A stretch of DNA of 63,384 nucleotides, filler included, from Octopus bimaculoides (lineage: Eukaryota), in assembly GCF_001194135.2 (NCBI RefSeq). It is 8 parts of 8 records of this genome, joined end to end, with 100 filler letters (N's around TTAATTAATTAA, not from the genome) between each part and the next. Parts side by side here need not be neighbours in the genome. Positions count along the whole stretch, not along the records: positions 9,813 to 27,597 come from NC_068999.1; positions 27,698 to 31,487 come from NC_068996.1; positions 31,588 to 38,611 come from NW_026423624.1; 5 more parts are not named here. One strand, given 5' to 3'. Positions 21,116 to 35,350 of the stretch are shown in pieces (position 1 is the stretch's first letter; each line of letters opens with the position of its first letter). The translations under genes were made by a program, and so were the position numbers. The notes under the pieces are model-generated. The model did not search any database and was not told the DNA's origin. It saw nothing but the letters and a program-made list of their open reading frames with translations.

Positions 21116-21402
21116 AAATAGTAGCACACGGTACCAATGTTTGCTGGAAACAGCAGTCGATGACGGTAGTATTGTTTTCGCTGGAAAACAATACTTTTGA
21201 ATTGTAATAATATGTACAATTTTTATGTATGCATGTGTGTAAGTGTGTGTGTGTATGTGTAAGAAGTAACACGTGAAAGACTTCATATTACAGGGCCAGA
21301 TAAATGGTTTATTAAAACTGCATAAATATAACTCCAGCGTCAAATATCGCAGTGTGACAGATGCAGCGGGCTCTGATATTACATAGGTTTGTGTATAAGT
21401 AT

Positions 21403-21434
<32 letters not shown>

Positions 21435-21904
21435 GTAAGAGAGAGATGGAGGGAGGGAGAAAGAGAGAGTCATATGCATATATTTACAATACTACCCTTC
21501 ATTTGTGCATTAATTAACACGTGATACCTTTTGTGTTATTTACATCTAAGTAAATGAAAAGCAACGAAAACGTAACATTCAACAGAAGACGTAAACTAAA
21601 TTACAGATAATCCAACACGTATTCAGATGGGTTCTCTATTGCAATACAGACCTGTTTATGGATTCTCAGCGCGAAGCTTATCCTTTAAACCATTTCTAGA
21701 GAAACGCTTCTTCTTTTTTTTTTTTCTTTTTTTCATAAACCACTATTTTGTTTTTGTATTTCTAACGCGCTGGTTTGTTTTTCTGTTTCTCTCTTCAAAC
21801 TGCAGCCATACCTTGAAAGGTTTTAAGCCGAACGAATGGACCCCCAGATCTAATTTTTCATAAGCCTATCGATCTCTTATGCAGTCGTCATACATACACA
21901 TACA

Positions 21905-22120
21905 CAAAGGGTGTTGAAAATTTCCTGGCTTTTGGTAAAAGAAAATGCAGGAGGGTCAGTTAATTATAATTTTATTCAACGTATTCCCTTCTCAGATTCA
22001 GACTCTTATTGCAGCAGTCCTTCAGCCTTTCTAAGCCCTATAAAAGAACTCGGAAGGTTGGGCCTTCAACCAGGCCTTTCACGATACCCTTAAAGCCAGG
22101 AATATTTCAGCACCCCCTTG
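21905..22120 (+). mobile_element. Mariner-type MITE (~215 bp)
   Basis: Left caaagggtgttgaaaatttcctggctt is inverted to right aagccaggaatatttcagcacccccttg. TA at 22121-22122. Confidence 0.8.
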
Positions 22121-22160
22121 TATAAATACATATATATATATATGTTTGTGTGTGTGTGTG

Positions 22161-22321
22161 TACGACGGGCTTCCTTCAGTTTTTGTTTAACAAATTCACT
22201 CACAAGGCTTTGGTTGGCCCGGGAATATAGAAGACACTTACCCACGGTACCATGCAGGGGTATCGAACCAGGAGCTATGTCTTTGAGAAGCAAATCTCTA
22301 ACCACATAGCTACGCCAGCGC
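22161..22321 (-). mobile_element. SINE family A, 5' half
   Basis: Matches 45108-45260 in reverse complement. Confidence 0.75.
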
Positions 22322-24189
22322 TTATTTTCTTAATTGATATATATTTTTCTTGACTTCAATGCGAACAAACTCCATTTCTTGGGCAGTGAAAGAAAAACAG
22401 AGTCAAAACACTGACAGCTGTTCGGCAAATTTTGTAAATATACGATGAGCAGACATATTTGAAATAACATAACGATATACAAACGGAGAGAGAAGAGAGA
22501 GGGGTGGAGGCGAAGAAGAAGAAGAAAAAAAAAATGTTTATGGACGTTTAATCAATAATCGTTCTGTCAAAGGTAGAGACTGATCGAGTCCGATTTAGCA
22601 AATTACCTAACTCGATAATGAATTCTTTGCTTGGCACTAAGTCAGAAAGTTTCAGGGAAGAATAGAACAAGATGGAGTTTTGTTATGATGTTTGGTATTC
22701 GAAAGCAAGTTCCACAAGCTCGCCTGTGGAAATTGCATTCGAAGAACACACCCTGCTCTTCTAATATTTTTAGTACACTACACTATGATATCAGCATTTC
22801 CATCTTCATATACTATTCGCGACAAGAAGTGAAGACAAAGAGAAAGCGATAAAAGTTATCTGAAAGTTTTTTCTAGCATTTCAAGTAATGGCGAATTTAA
22901 AATTAGCTGACAGGGTGAATTGCACTCGTTAAAGGGTAACTATCAGATTTGTGTTGCAAGTTAATGGGCAGAATTGCCCACCAGTGTTGCTTGAACAGGC
23001 AATAAATATCAGTGAAAGCGGCAAAGGTTTCTGCGGGTGCAGAAGACATTAAAAACAAAAATGCTTGGTGAAAGGAAATTTAACGATCTCTATACGATAT
23101 AAAAAACAGTGCACTAGTTCTGTAAAGGAGCTTGCAACAAACAACGAATATTATATATATATATTTTTATCAGCACTCAGGCATCTACACACAGGGAGAA
23201 ACAGCCTCGCACACACTAACACATTCGGAGTAGGATATATATATTACATACACACATTTATATCTACCTATCTCTCTATACACACACACACTCTATTGGA
23301 GACTGTACTTGTTTCACCACGATAAGCTGCAGGACTGCTATAATCGTTATCTGCAGAAGTAGAACGACAACGAGCGGCGCCTCACGACAGAAATAATTCA
23401 TTCGCAATGTCCCGAGAGATGTACAAGAGGGAAAATTATACGAGCATTGAATAGCAGTAGCAACAACAACAACAGGAGGAACAGCAAGAATAACAAATAA
23501 ATGAATAAAATTTGACTTTTATTTATCGCTTAAATGATTCTTTTTTTTTTTTCAAATTTTATATTTTAAACTTTCGCTTCACCCAACGGAATATATCGTA
23601 TTACAATCTCCTAACTAAAGCTAGTGCCGTTGTTCTTGTATTAAAAGAAAAATCGGACGGTGTGGTGTGTGTGGGTGTANNNNNNNNNNGGGGGGGGTAG
23701 GGAGTAATAGGCGTGGGGCGTTGGTAGACGGCACAAATAAATGAAAATATGGCGACCTAAATATCTTCGATCTGTTATCATGCAGTGGATATATATAGAT
23801 CTATGAAAAGAGAACGATACGTTGTGAGAAGGGCGTGACGCAGTCCGGACACCTGCAAGAATGCGTTAGCATTTAAACCGGCCATATCCGGCCAAAATAT
23901 TCTAATCTTGCTTTATGCTGAAAACGGTCAGATCCAGCCTGTCGCACCTACCTAACAATGCCATTCAAATAAATAAATAAATAAATAAATAAACAAACGC
24001 ACCGTCGAATTTCGAAGCTATGAGATAATGTATGATTAATTCAAAACGAATAACCTGAATGCTAAAGGATTAACCAAAAACAGAGCTGGTCAACTAAGTG
24101 AAGGATGATCTTTGGCGATTGAGCTTCATATTAAAACGAACTAATTAACATTTGAAAATTACGTTACGGCTATTCATTCATTTAGAAAT

Positions 24190-24405
24190 AATCCTTTCTA
24201 CTAAAGACACAAAACCTGAAATTTGTGGGGAGGGGACTAGTCAATTACATTGACCCCCAGTACGCAACTGGTACTTAATTTATCGACCCCGAAAGGATGA
24301 AAGGCAAAGTCGAGCTCGGTGGAATTTGAACTCAGAACGTAAAGACGGACGAAATACAGCTATGCCTTTCGCCCGGCGTGCTAACGTTTCTGCCAGTTCG
24401 CAGCC
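24190..24405 (-). mobile_element. SINE family B, near full length
   Basis: Reverse complement has the gagttcaaattcc B box and the gactttgcctttcatcctttcggggtcgataaattaagtaccag core. Confidence 0.82.
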
Positions 24406-24489
24406 TGATGCCCTTCAAACTGCACACTACCGTCTATAAAAAAAAGCAAACCGCCATTAGATAACAATTTCGGATATATTTATACTGTT

Positions 24490-24720
24490 TATCCTTTGAC
24501 TAGTTTCGGTCATTGGACTGCGGCCATGCTGGGGCTCCGCCTTGAACGGTTTAGTCGAACAAATCGTCAGCAGTACTTAAGCTCTTTTTAAAAGTTTGGT
24601 ACTCGTGCTATCACTTCTCTTTTGGGCAACTGCTAATTTACGGAAACGTAAACAAACCAAGACCGGTTGTGAAGCTGTGGGAGGTGGAAACAAACACAAC
24701 ACAAACTTTTTATCAATGCC
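24490..24720 (-). mobile_element. SINE family A, 3' half, diverged
   Basis: gactgcggccatgctgg..tagtcgaacaaatc..gaccggttgt..acaaacac motifs. Confidence 0.65.
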
Positions 24721-25500
24721 AGAAGCTCCAACATGGCCGCAGCCGCTGGCAGGAACAGTAAGAGAAAGAGAGAGAGAGAGAGAGTACAAGAATATGCCTG
24801 TCTTTGTTTCCAATACTTGTTTTGCAAACAAATGTCTTTTTTGCCTTACTAAGCACCATTAGAAATTGTGAACCACCAGTTTCGCTTTCCAGACAGGACA
24901 ATCACCCATTCTCTTCTCGCAGAGCTTAATGTTCTTGCGAAAGGAATGGAAAGAAAATTGTTTCTTGTTTTGCCCTCGAAGGAAGGAAAGAAGGAAGCAA
25001 GCAAGCAAGGAAGAAAAGAAAGAAAGGGAGAGAGATAAAGAAAGAGAGGAGAGAGAAAGGAAGAAAAGGGGAGAGAGATAAAGAAAGAAATAAAGGAAAA
25101 GAGATAAAGAAAAGGGAGAGAGAAAGAAATAAAGAGACGGGGAGAGATAATGGAAGAAAGGAAGGAACGAAGACAGGGGGAGATCGAGATAAAGAAAGAA
25201 AGAAAGAAAGAAAGGAAGGAGCCTATCGTACCAAACCAACAAATGAAAATACGGCCGTCGCCAAAAAGCTTTGATGGAGACGGTTCGACAAGGCTTATCC
25301 TCTCCGAAGTAACTCAATCTTAAGGCGAGGTCTTCTGAGGGATTCGCAGACATTCTCTGCTTTACGAGACACATCGAGATAAAAGTAACACTATACGCCA
25401 TGAACAAATTAGCAATGTACGCTGCAAGTAGACTGTATTACACCTCGTACATATATAGCAAAACAAGTATACACCACACACATATATATAAATATATATA

Positions 25501-25610
<110 letters not shown>

Positions 25611-26284
25611 TATGGACTATATTACATCTCATTCAAGTTTCGGCATTCAACGGATTACATTTCCTGGCCCTGTATCATCACCGTTGAGTAATGTACTTTA
25701 TTTGTAGCCATAGTAACAACCGTACTCGATTTAGACGTCGGTTAGATTACAGTAGAGGTGTTGGAACACAGCACTAAATTCATCTTAGGTTCCCCGAGTG
25801 AAACGGCAGCAGACAGAAAGCCGAAACTGCTTTACATCTATTCACACGCATACACACAACATACATACGTCTTTTACCTTTCTCCTGTTTCAATCATAGA
25901 CTTGCAGCCATGCTGGAGCATCACAGTGCAGGGTTTAATGGACCAAATCAACCCCAGCATTTAATTATTATAATTATTTTTAAAGTCCGGAATTTATTTC
26001 ATCGGGTCTTTTGCCGTTAAGTTACGAGAACGTAAACAATCAAACACCGGTTGTAAACGGTGGGGGTGTGACAAATACACACATATTATACAATGGGCTT
26101 CCACCCAGATTCCAACAACCAAATTCCCTCACAGGGCATTGATCAGCACAGGGTTATTGTAGGTGTCCAAGATGTTATAAAGTGGGATTGAACCTAAAAC
26201 CATGTGATTGCAAAGCGAGCTTTTTAACCGCACATACACTGTTGTTCCTCCACTCGTCTCTGTTGCGTGCCTATGTAGTAACAA

Positions 26285-26625
26285 GCTAGAATCGTTAGCA
26301 CGCCGGACAAAATGCTTAACGGCATTTCGTCCGACTCCACGTTCTATGTCCAACTTCCGCCGAGGTCGACTTTGCTTTTCATCCCTTCAGTGTCGGGGTC
26401 GATGTAATCGACTTACTTCTCCCCTAAAATTGCTGGCACTGCGCCAAAATTCGAAACCAATATTAAACAGAGATCTTAATTACACTGAGGTCGTCTTTGC
26501 CCTTCGTCATTTCGAGGGTTGATAAAATAAGTACCAGCTGAATGGGAACACTGGGGTGGATGTTATCGACTGACTCCTTCCCTCTCTTAATGTTGCTGGC
26601 TTTGTGCCGTCTCTTGAAATCGTTA
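26285..26625 (+). mobile_element. SINE family B copy plus a second tail fragment
   Basis: gaatcgttagcacgccggacaaaatgcttaac..gaggtcgactttgc, with a second core from ~26484. Confidence 0.7.
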
Positions 26626-27258
26626 TTATAAAGACCTATTAATATTTCAAGCGAAGAAACATTCCGCAGTTGTAGTTAGAGAATTACATTATTGTTATTA
26701 TTACGTAAACGAATAAACGTAAAGAAAAAATACTCAATAAGAATAAGAAAGAAAAACATCGAGCGAAGAGCTATTAAATTTCCTTTAAACCTAACCCAGA
26801 AACAGAAACCTAGTTATAGACGATCTGATACCTACAGCCAGACGACATCGCTGTTTTAATAATGGCAGCAGTCAACCACATCAAAATTAAGTTGTAGTAG
26901 AAAATTTCGTCAGCGATCGGGTTTAAAGAATAGGGAGTTTGTTAAGTCGTTGACGGCTCGAAAAGACGTAAAGAAAAGAAGAAAAAAAACCCCAGCAAAA
27001 ATGGAATATGCACTTAGGAACTGTTTAGAAAGCAAAAACGATTGCTGCCGGGCTCAAACTAGGACAAGTCAATAAAGAACTCGCAAATAATGTGAGCGAA
27101 TATCGTGGTATTTAAGTGAACCGGTTACTTCGTAGTTACACTGCGAATTATCTTATTAGACGAACGAATTAGCGAAAAATATTCAATACACACAGATAGA
27201 CACACACACATACAGAGAGAGACACATACACACACGTCTCCGTACACAGCCACACACA

Positions 27259-27311
<53 letters not shown>

Positions 27312-27597
27312 GCATACGCACACCTATTGAGAGAAATACAACAGACTTAGAATAAATGTTATTTTTACACGAAAGCCAGTACTGTTGAATAATGCCGTCA
27401 GAATAGAGGGAGTATACATACACACACTCATACACACAATGGGGGGGGGGGTTAGAGACTGATAGATAGAGATAGATTGATAGACAGGTAGGTAGCTAGA
27501 TATAGATGAAGATAGATGGGTATATGCATATATATATATATATGCATGTGTGCATATATATGTATATATATATATGTACATATATATATATATATAT

Positions 27598-27697
27598 NNN
27601 NNNNNNNNNNNNNNNNNNNNNNNNNNNNNNNNNNNNNNNNNTTAATTAATTAANNNNNNNNNNNNNNNNNNNNNNNNNNNNNNNNNNNNNNNNNNNN
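27598..27697. other. Artificial scaffold-join linker
   Basis: 44 N + TTAATTAATTAA + 44 N. Confidence 0.97.
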
Positions 27698-27705
27698 ATA
27701 TATAT

Positions 27706-27764
<59 letters not shown>

Positions 27765-28095
27765 AATACACAAATACATTCAGATACAGAAACAAACACA
27801 GACGTGTGTGTGTGAGAGAGAGAGAGGGGGGGGAGTTTGCGCCCTTGGCTGGGCGGGGTTTATACGTGATCGAGTTTGTAGGTTTACAAGTGCTCTCTGA
27901 AATATGCATACACTTCATTTAAATTAATCAAGGCTCCGAGGAAGTTATAAGATGTTGCAGAAGCTCACAGCTCTAAGTGCACTGTTTCTTGGAGCAGAAA
28001 CAGTAGCAGGCAACTGATGCTAATTGCGTAAATTCTGCAGATTCAATAAATTAATAATTTGTATACACAGAGATAGACAGACAGACAGCCAGACA

Positions 28096-28137
<42 letters not shown>

Positions 28138-28467
28138 TACATACACACACACATGTATATAGCAAAAATATAGAGAGAGAAAATGACATCTTTAATTGTA
28201 GTAATCTCCTTACAAAGCCGACAATTGTTTCTGTAATATCAACATATTTGGATATAGAAAATCTTGAATTTTATACGTTAATACAACGTCTTCAAGGTAA
28301 TCCAAATTTGCTTAAATTCAAAGTCTAATCGTTTTCACTTCTTTTATACATACATGCATACATACATACATACATACATACATACATACATACACACACG
28401 CATGCACACATACACACACACACACGCNNNNNNNNNNACACACACGCATGCACACATACACACACAC

Positions 28468-28507
<40 letters not shown>

Positions 28508-28670
28508 CACAAAAATAGAAATATTTTGGTATTATTTCTCCTGCATTAAATGTATTTCATTCGCTAATGGGGATTATTACAAGGATTTATATGTTAGATA
28601 GACACGTAAAGATATATATATATGTGTGTGTGTGTGTGTATGTGTGTGTGTGTGTGTGTGTATATATAAT

Positions 28671-28743
<73 letters not shown>

Positions 28744-28955
28744 GTATATGGGATAATGTACGAAAAAACAACAACAGACGAGGACAGGTGGTGTAAATAA
28801 CAAAAGGATGTATTAGTATGACGCTCGGGAATACATATATATGTATGTATGTATGTATGTATATACGTATATATATATGTGTATGTATGTGTGTATGTAT
28901 ATATGTAAATATATATATATCTATGTATGTATGTATATATGTATATATATATATA

Positions 28956-28986
<31 letters not shown>

Positions 28987-29876
28987 ATATGTGTATATAT
29001 ATGTGTATATATATTTGTATGTGTGTATGTATGTAAGTATGTATGCATGTATGTATGTACGTGTGTTTGTATGTTTATATGTATATATGTATGTATGTAT
29101 GCATGTATGTATGTATGAATGTATGTACGTACGTACGTTTTCTTATACGTTAATGAATGGGAATATAATAAGAATTATTCGATCATATAAAATTGGCGAA
29201 AATGCTCATTGAAAAAATTATCAACAGAAGAATGATTAAATGTCCAAAACGATGAAACTTAAAAAAAAACAAAACACGATGACTATTCACTGCAAATACC
29301 ATCGTCGCTTCCAGTATGTGTTCTTTTGAAACATCGCCGCTTCCAGCTGTATCACACAACGGAAACAATTTTATTACGTGTCATTTTATTCATTTCAGAA
29401 CACACAAACCAGTTGTGACACCTTTTCTCATTTATTTCTCAAAAGTGCAATATAACATATGATTATCACTGACACTATTTAACTGCCTCTGTTGAAAAAT
29501 CAATAACTGATGCGTTTTCATATGATTTGATCTGTTATATTTAGAATTTTCTTCGTTTACTTTTCTCGCGGTTTGTTTTCTAGTGTTAACTCTTCTGTTA
29601 GATATGTTCAGAAGTAAGTGCCTTGGTTTAATGCATTTTTACCTTTCATGCGTTTCATCCAATTGGCTGCTGTCACGCGAGGGCTCCGCCTAGAAAGCCG
29701 AACACATCGATCCCTGTACTTAATCTAACGTCTGGAGCTTATTCTATCGGTTACTTTTGCGGTACCAGCGGGTTACGGAGACGCAAACAAATCAACACCG
29801 GTTTTCAAGTGAAGATGATCCGAACACACACACATACACACACACGCACATGTATATGTATGTATATATATATATA

Positions 29877-30030
29877 TGTGTGGTAAGAAGCTTGCTCCAC
29901 GATCACATGCTTCCGACTTCAGTCACACCCTCTAGAAACTTGGGAAAGGGGTCTTCTTTTTTTAGTCTCGGGGCGAACAAAGACTTGTGTGTGAAATTTG
30001 GAAGACGGAAACTGAAACAAGGCCGTCGTA
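29877..30030 (+). mobile_element. SINE family A, 5' half, diverged
   Basis: tgtgtggtaagaagcttgct..ttgggaaaggg..gacggaaactgaaacaaggccgtcgta. Confidence 0.65.
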
Positions 30031-30839
30031 TATATATATATATATATATATATNNNNNNNNNNNNNNNNNNNNNNNNNNNNNNNNNNNNNNNNNNNNNNN
30101 NNNNNNNNNNNNNNNNNNNNNNNNNNNNNNNNNNNNNNNNNNNNNNNNNNNNNNNNNNNNNNNNNNNNNNNNNNNNNNNNNNNNNNNNNNNNNNNNNNNN
30201 NNNNNNNNNNNNNNNNNNNNNNNNNNNNNNNNNNNNNNNNNNNNNNNNNNNNNNNNNNNNNNNNNNNNNNNNNNNNNNNNNNNNNNNNNNNNNNNNNNNN
30301 NNNNNNNNNNNNNNNNNNNNNNNNNNNNNNNNNNNNNNNNNNNNNNNNNNNNNNNNNNNNNNNNNNNNNNNNNNNNNNNNNNNNNNNNNNNNNNNNNNNN
30401 NNNNNNNNNNNNNNNNNNNNNNNNNNNNNNNNNNNNNNNNNNNNNNNNNNNNNNNNNNNNNNNNNNNNNNNNNNNNNNNNNNNNNNNNNNNNNNNNNNNN
30501 NNNNNNNNNNNNNNNNNNNNNNNNNNNNNNNNNNNNNNNNNNNNNNNNNNNNNNNNNNNNNNNNNNNNNNNNNNNNNNNNNNNNNNNNNNNNNNNNNNNN
30601 NNNNNNNNNNNNNNNNNNNNNNNNNNNNNNNNNNNNNNNNNNNNNNNNNNNNNNNNNNNNNNNNNNNNNNNNNNNNNNNNNNNNNNNNNNNNNNNNNNNN
30701 NNNNNNNNNNNNNNNNNNNNNNNNNNNNNNNNNNNNNNNNNNNNNNNNNNNNNNNNTATATATATATGTATATATATATAATATATATTGTATAATATAC
30801 ATACATACATACATACATACATACATACACAAGCGTTAA

Positions 30840-31057
30840 TGAATGAAGTAGATGAGATCTGGACTACACATGTTTCATAGCGAGCAGAACCTCGGAAGTG
30901 GTAAATATCCAGGCGAGGTGTATCACGATTGTCGCAAATCAAGATACCCGTGGCCTGACGAGTGGCCTGCGTTATATACCTTGCTTTCATATTTACCACT
31001 TCCAAGGATCTGCTCGCTATGAAACATATGTAGTCCAGATCTCATCTACTTCATTCC
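30840..31057. mobile_element. MITE-like fold-back element (218 bp, ~80-bp arms, flanked by TTAA on both sides)
   Basis: gaatgaagtagatgagatctggactacacatgtttcatagcgagcag..ggaagtggtaaatat at 30841-30910 is the reverse complement (few mismatches) of 30988-31056. TTAA at 30836-30839 and 31058-31061. Confidence 0.8.
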
Positions 31058-31438
31058 TTAACTCTCGTATTCTTATTCGCATACACGGCAGCCCTGTATG
31101 TATTTCGTCGATATTAAATGAAGAATTATACAACGTCACAAGTAAAGTATGAATGGAGAAAGACGTACAGGGGAGAAATCACAAAACACAAAATTAGTCA
31201 AGCAAGAAAGACCATCATATCGGACACAACCATTTTAAACGTCAACCGTCTTTGTCATCGCCGTGTTTCTCTGCCAGCGTCCACGGCAAAGTCGTTATCA
31301 TCATCATCATCAACATCAATAACAATAGCAGCATTATGACCATCGCAATAATCGAAAATGTATAACTATATGCGTGTACATATGTATCGTTGCATGTATG
31401 TATACGTGTATGTATGCATTACTGTATGAACGTATGCT

Positions 31439-31487
<49 letters not shown>

Positions 31488-31587
31488 NNNNNNNNNNNNN
31501 NNNNNNNNNNNNNNNNNNNNNNNNNNNNNNNTTAATTAATTAANNNNNNNNNNNNNNNNNNNNNNNNNNNNNNNNNNNNNNNNNNNN
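31488..31587. other. Artificial scaffold-join linker
   Basis: 44 N + TTAATTAATTAA + 44 N. Confidence 0.97.
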
Positions 31588-31635
<48 letters not shown>

Positions 31636-31868
31636 AAAGGAATTCTAATATATAATTATAATTCTCCGTTCGTGTGTGTGTAAGAAAGAAACTGGTTCGT
31701 AAGAAATACATTAATACATCTCAGCTATAAAGACAGATATATGAATGCGAACACATTGATATCTCCAACTATGTTGTCTTGTAAACACGCTACAGCATAT
31801 ACACACACGCGCACACACACACACAGTTGCCTTTTCCACTACAGACTACGTATATATACATATATATG

Positions 31869-31956
<88 letters not shown>

Positions 31957-32437
31957 TATATATATATCTATGCGTTCTTTTCTTACTCTTCGTGCATGTT
32001 TGTATACATAGTTCCTTCTATTTTCGGGATAAGGAATGGTCCACGATATTTCTGAGAGTTTGTGTGGTCCCTAAGTTTTTGTATCCTAAACTAGGTTCTG
32101 TCCATTTATTATTATTATTTTTTTCTTTTAATTATCCAATTATTTATTTCTTCAATTCATGAAATTTTGTAATGTAGGAGACCTCTCTATATGCAGCGTG
32201 TTACTGAAGCACTCTCTCCAATACATGGTTCAACACTAATCTCTCCCTCTCTCTCTCTCACTACACATACACCTATACATATATATATATATACGCCAGT
32301 AAACACACACACACACACACACACATGTATATATATACATATATATATATATGTGTGGAGAGAGAGATGGGAGAGAAAGTGTGTGTGTGTGTGTGTGTGT
32401 GACATACTTAGAAATAAAGGCACTATGNNNNNNNNNN

Positions 32438-32493
<56 letters not shown>

Positions 32494-32862
32494 CGGTGCC
32501 CCAGTATGGCCACAACCTTTGGGCTGAAACGCATAAAAGAATGTATACATCTATATATATATATATATATATATGCTATTATAACATGTGCGTGTATACA
32601 CACACATACACACACATATGTGTGTGTGTATATATATATTCAATAAATAATATCATTTGATACGCTTAACATACACAGCATGACTAATAATATACATTAT
32701 ATTATAGCAAACAGGATAACTAAATCCCCCCCCCACGGTTTGTATCACGTACGTACTATGAAATAACATTAATGTCATTATGGTATATTGATATATCTAA
32801 TATATCACACAGCGTGTACCCTGTATATACATTAGATGGTAATTTAGTTTATCACACTGTCT

Positions 32863-32929
<67 letters not shown>

Positions 32930-33488
32930 GAGGATTTGCAGCTAGAGAAGAAATCTAGCAAAAAGAGAGTGATAGAGAGAGGAAAAAGGGGGAGAGTGAC
33001 AGTCAGAGAGAGAGAAAGAGAGGGAGAAAACGAGAGAGAGAGAGAGAGAGAGAAAAAAGAAAGCGAGAGAGAGAGGAAGCGAAAGAGAGAGAGAAAAAAG
33101 AAAGCGAGAGAGAGGAAGCGAAAGAGAGAGAAAGCTAGAGAGAGAGGGGGGAGAAACCGAGAGAGAGAGAGAGAGAGGAGAAACTGAGATATACTCAGCC
33201 AGAGAGATGGGGACTGAGAGAGATAGAGACAGTCACAGAAGAAACATGGTAAGAGATGGAGAGAGTGACACAATGAGAGAGAGAGAATGACACAGTCAGA
33301 GGGAGAGAGAGAGAATGACACAGTCAGAGGGAGAGAGAGAGAGAGAGACTGAAATACAAATGCGAGAGAGTGTGACAGTCAGATAAACATAGATAGATAG
33401 ATAGATAGATAGATAGAGAGAGAAAGAGAGAGAGTGACAAAGGGAGAGAGAGAGGCAGACACATACAGTCAGAGACAGACACAAATAT

Positions 33489-33523
<35 letters not shown>

Positions 33524-34000
33524 GGGCGAATGCTGAAACGTACTGACACACATTCTCAGACACACACACACACAGTGAGACATTCAAGCACACACATATA
33601 CACACGGAGGCAAAGGAACAGACTACGGAGGAGAGAAAGAATGACATGCAGAAACGAACGTCTGTATTTATAAGTTAATACAGACGTACTTCAAACGCAA
33701 GAATTAAGCAAAAAGGTGGCAAAAACAAAAGAAATAAAGAAATAAACGAAGGGGAAAAGAAAACAAAGGTACCCTCCTTGTTTTATAATATTTAAGCATC
33801 TATTTCTGTGTTTTCGGATGACCATCCCTCCTTCTTCCATTTACGGATTAAATACCCCAGGTTATCACATTAAACGGAACAAGACGGTTGGAGATGAGGG
33901 GCTGGAAAACGCGAAATATTAGGATATGGAAAAGGAAAAGCGAAGAAGAGATTTAATTGTGGAGGAAGAAGAAAGATGAAGAGATATATAGAGAAAGATC

Positions 34001-34038
<38 letters not shown>

Positions 34039-34849
34039 ATGAGAAACAAGAATAGGTGTGCATGTGTATAGAAGAGACAGAGAGAGAGAGAAAGACGGAG
34101 AGATATAGAGAGAAGGTATATATATATATATATATATANNNNNNNNNNNNNNNNNNNNNNNNNNNNNNNNNNNNNNNNNNNNNNNNNNNNNNNNNNNNNN
34201 NNNNNNNNNNNNNNNNNNNNNNNNNNNNNNNNNNNNNNNNNNNNNNNNNNNNNNNNNNNNNNNNNNNNNNNNNNNNNNNNNNNNNNNNNNNNNNNNNNNN
34301 NNNNNNNNNNNNNNNNNNNNNNNNNNNNNNNNNNNNNNNNNNNNNNNNNNNNNNNNNNNNNNNNNNNNNNNNNNNNNNNNNNNNNNNNNNNNNNNNNNNN
34401 NNNNNNNNNNNNNNNNNNNNNNNNNNNNNNNNNNNNNNNNNNNNNNNNNNNNNNNNNNNNNNNNNNNNNNNNNNNNNNNNNNNNNNNNNNNNNNNNNNNN
34501 NNNNNNNNNNNNNNNNNNNNNNNNNNNNNNNNNNNNNNNNNNNNNNNNNNNNNNNNNNNNNNNNNNNNNNNNNNNNNNNNNNNNNNNNNNNNNNNNNNNN
34601 NNNNNNNNNNNNNNNNNNNNNNNNNNNNNNNNNNNNNNNNNNNNNNNNNNNNNNNNNNNNNNNNNNNNNNNNNNNNNNNNNNNNNNNNNNNNNNNNNNNN
34701 NNNNNNNNNNNNNNNNNNNNNNNNNNNNNNNNNNNNNNNNNNNNNNNNNNNNNNNNNNNNNNNNNNNNNNNNNNNNNNNNNNNNNNNNNNNNNNNNNNNN
34801 NNNNNNNNNNNNNNNNNNNNNNNNNNNNNNNNNNNNNNNNNNNNNNNNN

Positions 34850-34909
<60 letters not shown>

Positions 34910-35316
34910 ACACGTAGGTGAGTTTTTAGTCGTGTATATGTACACCAATATGTCCGCGTGTTGTATATACAACACATATCTAAACTTGAGTATGATGTAT
35001 AAGCATGCGTGTATAATATATATGTACACGTGTAATATATATATATATATATATATATGCATGCGTGTGTATAATATATATACGTAGGTAATGTGTATGC
35101 TTGTGTGTATACTTATATGTACGCCTGTGTTGTTTCTGCGTGCGTGTATAATATATGTGGGTGTATAATGCACACAGCATATGCAGGTGTGTGCGTGCAT
35201 GTGTGTATAGATACGTATATGTATTATGTGTGCATTATATGCCTACGCATATATATATATGTATGTATGTAGTGTACGTTGTATATGTAGGTGTGTGTAT
35301 GCATGTATAGACTATG

Positions 35317-35350
<34 letters not shown>

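Noticed and set aside
27840-27870. GC box plus TATA-like motif, and a YY1-like AAAATGGCGG near 44745
   Set aside because: Single short motifs with no associated exon or other support.
29296-29342. 47-nt minus-strand exon candidate (GSGDVSKEHILEATM) and similar candidates near 33865-33910 and 42210-42310
   Set aside because: Splice-like signals only, with no homology I can recognise; expected by chance in AT-rich DNA.
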